A model generated the notes under the pieces. It did no database searches. It worked only from the letters and a program-made list of their open reading frames with translations, and had not been told where the DNA came from. The position numbers were made by a program, and so were the translations under genes. From contig OZ024741.1 in assembly GCA_964016885.1 (NCBI GenBank), positions 310,992,001 through 311,056,000 of the forward strand: DNA of 64,000 nt, written 5' to 3'. The DNA is from Eledone cirrhosa. Its lineage: Eukaryota. Shown one piece after another: positions 40,353 through 52,339 of this stretch; position 1 is the first letter of the stretch; the number at the start of each line of letters is the position of its first letter.

Positions 40353-41305
40353 TGTGCGTAGGTATGTGTGCGCGCGTATGTGTGTGTTTATGTGTGTTTG
40401 CGTGGGTGTGTGTACACATTTGGACATATGTGCGTGTGTATATGTGTATGTATGTGTGCGTATACATATATGTATATGTGTATACGTGTGCATACCTGTG
40501 TGTCTGCATTCGTGTGTATGTGTGTGTGTGTCTATGTACATACACACATATAGATATAAAAAAAATATATATATAGTGTGAATATCTGTCAGTGTGTGTG
40601 TGTGGGGGGGGGGGGGGCGTACGTACGCCCACATGGGAGAGGGTTTGTCTATGTGTTTGTATACGGGTGTATATAAAGGTGTGTGTATACAGACGTGTCT
40701 GTCTGCGCGTGTGTGCGCGTTTGCGTGCATGTGGGACCGGATGTATGGCGCGGGTGAAACAGGCGCTAATAGGCTTGTGGCGGTCCGTATCTAGAAGTGG
40801 ATGTGCCTGGGTTTGTGGAATAGAGGGAGAGAGTGTGCGTGTGTATATGTGCATGGGGTTATGTGTGTCTACGCATGTATGCGTACATTTGTGTATGGAC
40901 GCATGTGTCTGTGCCTGCCCGTGTGTATGTATATGTGTGGTTGTGTATGTGTGGGTACATACTCTGGAGTGTGAACAGACGTGTGAGATACCGAACCCAG
41001 CATGACTCCATTGAAGTGTGTCGGACGGAAAATGGCTGATGACCCGTGTAGCAGTAAATAGTGAGGAGAACTTAAGATGACATGGAATGGGAACAGCCAA
41101 TGGCATGACAGGAGTGGAAGATGTTTTTTGAAGGTGTTTTTTTGACGATAACACCCCAATGAGAACATTTTCTCCGAACGAACTGCCCGTGTCCATAGAA
41201 TCAGCCAGATCCATGCAGTGATTATGTCTCGAACTACCAGCCGGCGAAACAATTGTAACAAGCAAAAAACTGGGTTCAGATGCATCACTGATTTTTCGTT
41301 TTTTA

Positions 41306-41310
<5 letters not shown>
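37176..41310 (+). mobile_element. 5'-truncated Penelope-like element (RT thumb plus GIY-YIG-type endonuclease, CxCx5C linker) with a ~2.3-kb microsatellite-rich 3' region, flanked by (TA)n
   Basis: VNFLDVTL, SNHP, TWFNPPYS, TCNCRAGTQCPLQGK, TTFKSRMYNH, STRLADLV, LEWSI and CRLC..E..NLKSE. The 3' region aligns block by block with 42850-45150. Confidence 0.88.
41031..41260 (+). ncRNA. Candidate hammerhead with a ~200-nt expanded stem II in the Penelope terminal repeat
   Basis: CTGATGA at 41036-41042, then CCCG..CGGC, GAAA at 41246-41249 and CAATTG-TA. The sister copy has GCCG/CGGC. Stem I is weak. Confidence 0.5.
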
Positions 41311-41383
<73 letters not shown>

Positions 41384-41408
41384 GGTAAGTAGCATCAATT
41401 TGATATAC

Positions 41409-41541
41409 CTTGGCAGCTTTCACCAGTATAACCAGTAGCACATCCATCTAAACATATTCCATTATCGATTCTCACAGTTAATGTTGTTGATACAATGGCA
41501 TGTCTCATTACAATCAAGACCAAACTTTCCTAATTGCCATT
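41409..41541 (-). pseudogene. Disabled EGF-like repeat exon (MEGF10/SCARF-type, phase 1-1)
   Basis: TTTTCAG|..|GTATAT; EWQLGKFGLDCNETCHCINNINCE/DNGICLDGCATGYTGESCQ; 133 nt (+1 frameshift) and the first Cys is replaced by Trp. Confidence 0.8.
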
Positions 41542-41911
41542 CTGAAAATAACAGTATGTATGATAATGTTGAAGATATAATTAATTGCATACAGATATAA
41601 AAATGTTATCAATTTTATACCATATCAATAAGATTAAATATAAGTTTAAAGTGGTGATAAACAAAAGAGTCTGAATACAACTATTAAATAATATATTGAT
41701 ACGGTATATTACAGAGAGAGGTTTTATGTTTGTGTAAAAGCATAAAAACAATTTTACAATATCTTATGGAGTCATGGAAAAAAATGAACAATATAATTAG
41801 AAACATTGCATGTACAAATATCAGAAATGTTTCCTTGAGTCAGTTGTACTATAATTATTAGTGATATTCTTACATTTAACGACAATAATTCAATGTATAT
41901 ATATATGTATA

Positions 41912-41942
<31 letters not shown>

Positions 41943-41943
<1 letters not shown>

Positions 41944-42092
41944 ACGAAGGAAATGTGGTAAGGAACCAGGTGGACCATAACGCACCAAGAGTTATGAATT
42001 AGCCGTCCAAACGGCTTGAGCTCAGCTGTCGGGGTCTTACTGGTTCCTATATATATATATATATATATATACATTGAATTATTGTATATATA

Positions 42093-42183
<91 letters not shown>

Positions 42184-42212
42184 TACACATATATACATAT
42201 ATATATATATAA

Positions 42213-42247
<35 letters not shown>

Positions 42248-42407
42248 AACCAGTAAGACCCCGACAGCTGAGCTCAAGCCGTTTCGTCGAAACGGCTTGA
42301 GCTCAGCTGTCGGGGTCTTACTGGTTCCTATTACCCACTCTACTACCTCAAGTATTGAGTACTTTGGTGCGTTATGGTCCACCTGGTTCCTTACCACATT
42401 TCCTTCG

Positions 42408-42410
<3 letters not shown>
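41943..42410. repeat. Two family-H elements in (TA)n, including a perfect ~89-bp palindrome (42243-42331) centred on 42287
   Basis: ..CAAGCCGTTTCG-T-CGAAACGGCTTG.. The surrounding TA-rich blocks (ACATTGAATTATTG) are locally duplicated. Confidence 0.9.
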
Positions 42411-42447
<37 letters not shown>

Positions 42448-42463
42448 TGAATTATTGTATATA

Positions 42464-42556
<93 letters not shown>

Positions 42557-42769
42557 TACATATATACATATATACATATATAAATGTATATATATATATA
42601 TGTGAGAAAAACCACAGACCCTCCATCTCAACTCACCTTTTGAAAAGCAGAAGAACTGCGAAACCGGTAAAGGAACCAAATAAATATATATATTTAAAAA
42701 AAAAATAAGACTTCAGTTGCATTTTCGATTTCATCCCTTTTTCTTTATAGAAATATATATATATATTTG

Positions 42770-43533
42770 TGTATAGTCGTAGCTATGGTGCTTCCGTAGG
42801 CGGTATGCCAAAATTAGCATTCGATATTCATCAGAGTAGAGTGTAGGAATTATCAAAAAAACGGAAAATCAGTGATGCTTCTGGACTTAGTTTATTTCGT
42901 GTTACAAATGTTTCGCCGGCATGTAGCTCGAGTCATGGTCCTTGTATGGATCTGGCTGATTCTACTTCTGCGGGTTCTTTCAGAAAACGTCTGTTACCTT
43001 CCGGAGCAAATTTTATCACTGGGGTGTTGTTATCAAAACAACCCCTCGAAAAATCTTCTTTCCACTCTTGTCATGCCATTGTTTGTTTTTACTCCACGTC
43101 ATCACAAGTTCTGATCAGTATCTGCTGCCACACGGCTCATCAACTATTTTCCGTCCAAAATATTTCAATGGGGTCATGCTGGGTTCCGTACCTCATGCGT
43201 CTGCTCACACTTCAGAGTAAGCACCCACACATAATAGAATAAACACATAGTAACACACACATATATATACTCAGACATACATCTATCTATGCATTCACAC
43301 TCGTACGTCTACATACTCAGACACTCACATCGCCACATACATACATCGCAGTATATATACTCACGCACCCTCTCTCCCTCTCTCCCATGGGCCCAGTCAC
43401 ACACAGTTGTTGATACATGCCGCCACGAGCCTTCTGACTGTTCTGTATCAATTGGGTAAGCATGTCCTATTTAAACGTACACCTATATACATACACATGC
43501 GCGCACGTACACATACGGCCAAACTTCTATACA

Positions 43534-43576
<43 letters not shown>

Positions 43577-43760
43577 GCTCATTCACACGCTCATATGCAT
43601 ACACACATACATTCACATACATATATACGCACATGTGCATACACGGATATAACATACACACCTAGGATTTTTTCATTCTGATTTATGAAAGTAAATATCG
43701 TTTGCTTTCAAGAAAACACTGGTAAATTAAACAACTATCCTATGTTCTTCATTACATAAC

Positions 43761-43804
<44 letters not shown>

Positions 43805-43904
43805 TACATACATACACACACATATATACACAAACGTAAACTCACACATGTCCACACACACATACGAACACCTACGTACATAAACATTGCCTACACACGT
43901 ACTT

Positions 43905-43985
<81 letters not shown>

Positions 43986-44382
43986 ATATAAGTATGTATA
44001 TATAAATATATACACACAAAAGAAAAAGAAAAACAAAAAAGGACAACTTAACATGCATACGCATATCCACACATACATAGAAATACCCACGCGCAGGCCG
44101 AACCACATACATCTACACATGCGTGCGCATGCATGCTGCCACATGCATACACTTGCACGCATGTACATCTGCCTACCCACACAGAAGTGCCACCACATAT
44201 ACATGTACATATATAAACACACCTGTAAGTGAACAGTCGAAAATACCTTATGCAACAAAAAACAGTATAATAACATAAAACTGTATAATAACATAAGAAA
44301 AATATACAATGAAATATTAGATACAATGTGGTATATATATACACACACACATAGACACATATATATACACACATACATACAT

Positions 44383-44431
<49 letters not shown>

Positions 44432-45950
44432 TATACACATATATCCCTCTATTATATATATATACACACATACACACCTACGTATACATATATACACACA
44501 CGCACACGGACTCATACGTACATATACACGTATATACGGGTATGCATAGAGGGTATGTGTTAAAATAATACAACATGAATAATAATAATAATAATGAAAA
44601 AAAATATATAGTCCATTTATAAACATCCGCACACATTCCCAAGAGGTGCATATAAACACATACATGTAAGCACAAATACGTATCCACAAAAGAAAAAAAG
44701 AAAAAAACGAAAAAAGTAACGGGGGGGGGGGGGGTATCTGAGAAGGTGCGTGCGTCCATGTGACGTACTACACACAGGCAGTATGAGATGCAGGCTCGTG
44801 TCCGTGTATACAACAGGTAACAGTAACAAAACAGTGATATAACAATATTAACAATCACTTTTACAAAGTGGATTGGGTGTAGAGTCACGACTGACGGTGT
44901 ACACATTCAATGTGACGCCCGCCACGGTTGCCATGGGGCATGGCACCGTGTCTGGGGTGTGCTGTTCTAGACGCTTTGTGCGTTTTGTGCACAGGTCCGG
45001 GCGGCAGTGGACCCCGTGTCAGCCGGTCCCGACACATGCATTGCATCTTCCAATGTTGCGTGCCCGGTCACGTGCGCACCCGGTCTACATATGATTGCCC
45101 CGCGGGTCGGACTTCGTCATCATGGTATGTCGTGAGGTCCCCTAATCCCGCTAGGCCAATCGGGTCTGTACGTTCTCATTCTCGTGCTCCCTGGCTGCGT
45201 CACCCGGCGGATTCCATGCTGCAAAAGTGCATCTTCTCTGGTGTCTGCATGTCATGATAATTTCAGACTTCAGGTTGACGGCGTCATCCTTCAGTCTTAC
45301 TATCTCCATGGCCAGTCGGCACTTTCTACTTCCGGCCGAATATGCACGCACATGGCGAACCATACTCCATTCCAGGGAGTATGGGGTGCCGGGGTCTTTC
45401 ATTTCCCACACGAGGTCCGCTAACCTAGTGGAGTGCCTTTTGCTACGGTCCCTGAAGGAATTCGTGTGATTATACATTTGCGATTTAAAGGTCGTGGATG
45501 TTGCGCTTATGCAAGTTCGATGCGCATTCTGGGTCTTCACCACACACTTGTATACCAGGTCCTTCATTAAGCATTTTCCCTGTAGGGGGCACTGGGTTCC
45601 CGCTCTACAGTTGCAGGTTCTGCTGTCAATTCTTGTGCGTCCGATGTCCGGGCCCTGATCTGCAGTGGCCCTCTCAAGGTTCTCAGTGTGCTGCACCACC
45701 TCCCCACTTGCCACCCCCCACATGCCCCTATGTCCCTCCCGGTGTTGGACCATATCGCCCTCGACGGGCGCTCTGGTCGCCTCGGGGGCCGGGTTGTCAT
45801 TTGAAGGCAGGTCCCTAGGTGGTTCTTCGCGCTCCAAAACATGGTCATTCTGTCGGCGCGGTTGCCGGCCAGTGTGCGCCATCTTCACCGCGTTAGTTCT
45901 AGCCATGGAGTCGGCCATATTCGGCGCCGTGGAGAAGGAAATTTTCACCG
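42770..45950 (-). mobile_element. Second, 5'-truncated copy of the same Penelope family, oriented tail-to-tail with 37176-41310
   Basis: ORF 45151-45948 has TCNCRAGTQCPLQGKC, VYKC, TTFKSQMYNH and CRHQRR. The terminal block 42850-43230 is a diverged reverse complement of 40960-41310. Confidence 0.88.
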
Positions 45951-45961
45951 TGTATATATAT

Positions 45962-46390
45962 ATATTAATTCAAAATATTAATAAATGTAGACATTCACGT
46001 AATCAAAATATATTTTATTATATATATTTCGGAGGTACTCTGCTGTTTCTTCAGTACGACTTCATCAGATAAAATATATAAATTTATGTATGACATACCT
46101 CAACTGTGCTGATGGTTCAATTCAAGACTGCCAAGACTGGAATTGAACCTTCAGCACAGTTGAGGTATATCATACATTAATTTATATATTTTATCTGAGG
46201 ACGTACTAAAAAAACAGCACAGTACCTCCGAAATAAATATAATAAAATATATTTTGATTACGTGAATGTCTACATTTATTAATATTTTGAATTAATATTA
46301 ATAACTCCAGAAAGCCTGACTGTTGGGTGCTTCTAATCTATTGTAAAACTATATTCATTGATTAATCAATGAACCTTGTTTAACTTTTGG
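45962..46390 (+). mobile_element. Foldback element (arms ~45962-46122 and ~46140-46300, plus 3' extension) with hammerhead motifs at 46008-46079 (-) and 46184-46252 (+)
   Basis: 11-bp stem I ATATATTTTAT/ATAAAATATAT, CTGATGA or CTGAGGA, GTACT/AGTAC within an irregular stem II, then C-GAAA-TAWATA-TA. Confidence 0.78.
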
Positions 46391-46966
46391 TTATATATAT
46401 ATATATATACACACACATATTAACATGTATATCTAATTAGAGTATGGGGTTAACTGCACATTATTGTCTGTCGGTTTTGAACCAGATAAAAAGAAGCGCT
46501 CGACGACCTGTGTAAATGGTGCAAGCCGGAACATCATATATTAATAAAAGATAATCCTCAGCGAAATATGTAAAACGGAGTTTAATAAACCTGAATGAAC
46601 TGAATATGACCTCCGATCTTTTATTAATATATATATGATGACTGCAACTCGATTTCGATTAATGACATCCCTTGATATTTAAGCATGTGCATCACAGACA
46701 TGGCTTTTCAGTCATACTAGGGACTTGCCTATCGCCAGCAATACCATGCAACACAAAAAATGTCACTTTTCATGCGATGCCTGTGCTTGAGGCTATTTAA
46801 TCGGCAAAGGCTTAGCACGGAGCCACTCCCACTCTCTGTACTTCGAATGCATTTGACCAAAAAGTAGAACTGGTCTACATCATTCGCAGGGTTTATATCG
46901 GAGTGACCTTCTCCAAGAGAAATGACTAGGAGTCTCTCGATCCATTATATATATATATATATATAG

Positions 46967-47162
46967 AACGAAGGAAGTTTGGACGGAACCAGGTGGACCA
47001 TAACGCACCAGAGTACTCGATACTTTGGGTAGTAGAGTGGGTAATAGGAAAAGGCTCAGGACCCCGACAGCAGAGCTCAAGCCGTTTCGACGGCTATTTT
47101 AAGTATTTCAAAAATACCCGCTGAAACGGCTTCAGCTCTGCCGTCGGGGTCCTGAACCTTTT

Positions 47163-47165
<3 letters not shown>
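46967..47165 (-). repeat. Family-H element with an inverted half-hammerhead pair, between (TA)n tracts
   Basis: AGGAAAAGGCTCAGGACCCCGACAGCAGAGCT..GCCGTTTC versus GAAACGGC..AGCTCTGCCGTCGGGGTCCTGAACCTTTTCCT. Confidence 0.8.
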
Positions 47166-47205
<40 letters not shown>

Positions 47206-47219
47206 TATATAAATATATA

Positions 47220-49770
47220 ATAAGTGAAGAATAACACGGTTCGGCTGTACAATAGAGTTTATTCGAAGTATTAGCAAATGTTTCTGTGTGTCTAAAAACC
47301 GCCAGACGCAGTATGCCGCGGCACTCGATTTCAATTACAATCGACACGTGACCAAATTTTCAAATTTTTATGCTGTGTGTATGATAGAGTGCGCTAGTGT
47401 TTATAGATACATGAAAAATAACAAGAATAATAATTGTTTCTACTTTTGGCACAAGGCCAGCAATATATCCAGTACATTACTGGTACTTTATTTTATCGAC
47501 CCCGTAAGGATGAAAGGCAAAGTTAACCACGGCGGGATTTGTACTCAGAACGTAAAGGGACGTAATTATGCTGGTAGGCATGTCCGACACTCTACCGATA
47601 CTGCCAATTAAGAAGGAAAGTATAGTGAAGAGGAGGATATTAGGATAAAAGCATGAAAACATAGTAATAATAATAACATGAAAAAAAGTGGTGTGAAAAG
47701 ATAATATAAGGAAAATGATAAAAAAGTAAAAAAATAATAGAGATAGTAACAAAATAAAAAATAATAAAAAATACTGGTAGAGTTGAAAGTAAAGATGGGA
47801 AGTGAGGGTACAAAGTAACTGGACAGTGTAATAACATGGGATGAGATAAAACGAAAGGATACAGGTGACATTGTAATGAAGTGGGATAAGATGAAATAAA
47901 TAGATAAAACAAAAAATATAAAACAAAGAAATAATGATAACAGACGGGTAATTAGGATTGGGGGTATTTTGAAAAGTGTAATCTTAATGGGTAGAGGTGA
48001 AGATTGATGGTGATGTTGGCTATCAAGGGTGATTGATGCTGTATGTGAGGGAAGGGCTTTGAAGGTATGTGTCTTTAAAGATAAAATATTTAATCACCGA
48101 GGAAGTGTCGGTTATTCTTGCTTTCTATTAGTTGGTGGTGTAACTTTTGAAGTGTTAAAGAAAACTTGCTCTCGTACGTGATTAACCGTTAACTGTGGTA
48201 AGGGGGTGTCAAAGTGGTTCGTTGGCGGAAATTTTGCAGACACTATAAATCCAGGGAGTTGTATTGTTTACATGGATAGTGAGGTTGCTGGATCAAATCT
48301 TGTTTATCTCGGTTTGTAATTGGAAAATTTACTAGCGGCTTTGTGCCTACAGAAAATTGTCCGTTCGATTTTGCTGTTTAGTAACGTCTTATTATACTGT
48401 AGACTATGGAGTAATTCTATATTGCATAGTCCGCATTGGGACATCCCTTTCGTGTAGGCTTTTGCATTCGATAATTTCAACCAGCTAATTTTATATCCTT
48501 GATTATTGTCCTTAAGCTGCCAGATTGTATTGGCCAGCGTCGTTGTGTATACATACCACCCTTTTTAGTACTCACGAGCCGTAGAACCTACTAATACCAC
48601 ATATGGTTGTCAGACTTAATAGTGCACAGATATACTATACCGGAATCCAGGCATCTATTCTGTAGTGAGCATTTATCTGGCAGGTGGCAGTTACATTTGG
48701 AGGCCTTCCTATGTGCTGGTCCATCGTTATAGTTCGATTTGTGGTTTGAGATGGATGGGATGCTGGTCTGTTTGTGTTCTGTTGTGACATATATCGACGG
48801 ACAGCCGGTTGTGATGCTGTTATGCGGTTATGTTTTGTATTTGATGTTGTGGTGATGGTTTGTGGACTACAGTTTTCAGATATTCTCCTGGAGTTTTTTA
48901 TGTGTGATTCGTTGTTGATGTCCTCAAGTGTACCTTCAAGTGTTTTCCTGTATGTTTGTGTAGTTCTTGGCGTATAGAGCTATTGTATCTGTCTCGGCTC
49001 ATGGTGTATACGTTCGATGTTTTATCTGCTTTAACTATAATTCCGTCAGTATTGCGTAGTTTTTTCGAAAGTGCATTGATGTTCTGCAGTTTGTTGTGAC
49101 CAGTGCGTTTTTTGAAACTTAATTCCACTTATCATGTTCATGAGGTCAAGTTCAAAAGCGTCAAGCTGGGGGTTACTTGGTGGGTTTTTGCAAGATTTAA
49201 ATCCGTATTACTTTTTAATGTTTCCCTCAGTATACATTGTGTATCCTTTGTCGTAATGATATGGTTTCCATCGGATTCGATGGTTAAAATCACTGGTGCG
49301 CTGTATCATGCCGAGTGTATAATCCCTGTTTGGAGGTATAGGCAAAATTTTAGTGACATGCCTATGTTGTGCTTTTCCATGTTATTGCCGGGCGTTAAAG
49401 TTGTTGCTCAACCTGGTGGCAGCTAATTATATAAGTTAACGAGGTATCGTTTAAAGCAATCCAAGTAGAGGTTAGGAGTACTGTGTATCGAGAATAGTTT
49501 TAACGTTCGGCGTCGTTTCAATCATCAAGACGTTTACTTAGTTGTGGTGTTTGGATGGCAGATTCAAGACAGTTCCCAGGTAAGTGGTTCCTGGAGTATT
49601 AATAATAAATGAGTGAAGAATAACACGGATCTGATATACGATAGGGTTTATTCGAAATATTAACAAATGTTGCATTAGTCCGGTGTGTCTATAAACCGCT
49701 TTTGGCAGTATGGTGCAGCACCCGATTTTAATTACAATTGACACCCGACCAAATATATATTTCAAAACAT
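47220..49770 (-). mobile_element. Internally deleted Penelope-like element (N-terminus plus endonuclease, no RT core seen) with direct terminal repeats ~47222-47365 and ~49611-49765
   Basis: IIVKADKTSNVY; KCNCHLPDKCSLQNRC..IVY; TTLANTIWQLK; CGLC..LLNSK..FCRH; diverged direct repeats starting GTGAAGAATAACACGG. Confidence 0.75.
47430..47608 (-). mobile_element. SINE nested in the Penelope 3' region
   Basis: SINE consensus match. Confidence 0.9.
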
Positions 49771-49779
49771 ATATATATC

Positions 49780-49975
49780 AGGATAGAACTAGTTCGAAAC
49801 TCGTTAGACCATTACTCTACAGAGTACTCGATACTTGGGGTAGTAGGGTATGACTCTATTATAATGAAGGACTGAGCACTTGCCCTTTTCAACAACTAGT
49901 TCGAGAGTCTGGAGCTAGCTAACTAGCTGTTCAGATAAGGAGAGATCAGTCGTCGGGTTCCGACTCCTTATTTTA
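49780..49975. repeat. Highly diverged family-H relative
   Basis: GACCATTAC..CAGAGTACTCGATACTTGGGGTAGTAG..CTAGCTGT..GTCGTCGGGTTCC followed by (TA)n. Confidence 0.5.
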
Positions 49976-49991
49976 TATATATATATATATA

Positions 49992-50809
49992 TATATAAAG
50001 AATTAGTATATCTACTAACATATATATACAGATGCATACTTATGCCAGCAAATATATAGGTTTTGTCTTAGTAACTTTGTGGTTCAATGCATGGGGATGC
50101 AGAGCAATAATATGAAAGTAAAATAAGAAAATTATAAAAATTAACTTACTTACTAAAATTTCACTCCAACTAATTAGTTTCTGAAAGAAACTATGTTTAT
50201 TCCCTTTCAGAAACTAATTAGTTGGAGTGAAATTTTAGTAAGTAAGTTAATTTTTATAATTTTCTTATTTTACGTCTTTCATATTATTGTTCTGCATCCC
50301 CATGCATTGAACCACAAAGTTACTAAGACAAAACCTATATATTTGCTGGCATAAGTATGCATCTGTATATATATGTTAGTAGATATACTAATTCTTTATA
50401 ATTATCTCCAAATTATTTTGTTGAGCCAAAATTGGCCAAAACTGCTACTATAGTTCATAGTAATGGTTCGGCTGCTGTCTTCTTAACAAACCACTCCTCA
50501 CTGATTAACCTCGATGTCAGGTGATTGATTCTTTTGAATTGGCCACCGACGCAGTAGGCAGTGATTTTTTCAATGTCTTGGAACTTAGTCCACGCTTTGC
50601 TTTTTTCCATCCACTGAATTATTTTTGTATAAGTTCCCTGTGTCCACGCATCGCCTGGAAACTTAGCTGAGAATAGACTTCCCTGATGACGAAAGGCTTC
50701 TCCGTACGTTTCTTCGGAAACTATGTTTATTCCCTTTCAGAAACTAATTAGTTGGAGTGAAATTTTAGTAAGTAAGTTAATTTTTATAATTTTCTTATTT
50801 TACGTCTTT

Positions 50810-50812
<3 letters not shown>
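49992..50812 (+). mobile_element. Foldback plus partial tandem element in (TA)n: ~200-bp arms 49992-50187 and 50204-50400, direct repeat 50717-50812, hammerhead-like motif 50667-50740
   Basis: Near-perfect inverted arms; the loop and right arm are repeated after CTGATGA..GAAA. This is the layout of a Penelope pLTR with a 5' inversion. Confidence 0.8.
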
Positions 50813-50887
<75 letters not shown>

Positions 50888-51053
50888 ATATAGAAATGGC
50901 TTCTACAGGATTGAACTGTTTCATTCGGGAGAAATCAGGAAGCCCGTGATGGTTAGGAGGGGCACAGTACATGCTAAAAGATACGTTTTTCCCCGGTTCA
51001 ATCGGGGGTAACCAGAGTAAGTCAGGTAGTCAATACATGGCAGAGTATAAATA

Positions 51054-51580
51054 CTGATACTTAAATGTAAGTATGTATACGTACATACATATATGTGTAC
51101 AGACGTACAGTAGTATGTATATACTGTACGTCTGTATACATATATGTAAGTACGTATACATACATACATTTAAGTATCAGCCGTACTAAGAGTGAGAAAT
51201 GAAATTTCATTTTTTCCATTTATCGTTTTCGGTACGCCCGGCCGACTAACTCACTCGATATGCAAATTAGGCTGCTCAGCCGTTAATATGCATAAGGAAA
51301 GTATATACTTTCAAACGTTCAATCAACTGACAGGAAGGTATACGGTGCTGATGACAGCTAATAAGCTAGAAACTAGCGTTCCTTTGTCAGTGTTGAACAA
51401 ATAGGGCAGCGATGGTTGCCGAACACTGTACGGCTAATAATTCGGGCTGTTCGTTTACAAACAAACCGAGCATTATAATAAATGTCGGTAAACCCATACG
51501 TACATATATATATGTGCATGTATGTATATATATACATACTACTGTACGTCTGTATACATATATGTATGTACGTATACATA

Positions 51581-51585
<5 letters not shown>
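51054..51585 (+). mobile_element. Foldback (51054-51180) plus partial tandem copy (~51520-51585), with a hammerhead-like motif at 51317-51398
   Basis: CTGATACTTAAATGTA../..TACATTTAAGTATCAG; CTGATGA-CAGCT AATA AGCTA-GAAA-CTAGCG-TT. Confidence 0.65.
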
Positions 51586-51643
<58 letters not shown>

Positions 51644-51837
51644 GCCGTATATACCGCCGGACAAGTCGACATTTTGGGCCTAAAAATATCTTTCCAAAAC
51701 TAGGGGTCGACTTGTCCTGCGAGTATAAAATAGTATAGAGAAGTACGGAATACCTCGGCCTCGGGATGGTGTCTACATATCGTGCTTATAGAACAATTCG
51801 TCGTAGATTACCAATATATATATATATATATAATTAT

Positions 51838-51913
<76 letters not shown>

Positions 51914-52145
51914 GGGGGGGGGGAGAGAGAGAGAGAGTATTTACGTATCGAGAGAGAGAGAAAAAGGAGGGATAGGTGATACATGTAGTTATTTGCCAAA
52001 TAGCGTATGCAGAAGGTGCTCAATACTAGTGCCGGCAAATATTAGAGGTGTTAATATCTAGTGGGCGAGAGAGTTAGCAGAGCGTAAGCACTTGGAAAAG
52101 TAGGAAATAGGAGAACAGACCGTTAATACATGTTTATTTAAAACA

Positions 52146-52194
<49 letters not shown>

Positions 52195-52202
<8 letters not shown>

Positions 52203-52310
52203 GGGATACTATTTATGGTTATGTATATATTAAAACTTTTTATAGTTCTGTATATTTTAAACCCTAAACAATGGAGGTCAGAAATTTATTATTACCTTAT
52301 TACCAGTAGC
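52195..52310. repeat. (TA)n-abutting repeat with an inverted diverged copy at ~55745-55865
   Basis: GGATACTATTTATGGTTATGTATATA..AAACCCTAAACA..TACCTTATTACCAGTA and its reverse complement. Confidence 0.7.
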
Positions 52311-52339
52311 TATTCAAGACTGATCCAATTATGACAGCA

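Noticed and set aside
39640-44906. Many [12 protein letters not shown] ORFs
   Set aside because: These are translations of dinucleotide microsatellites.
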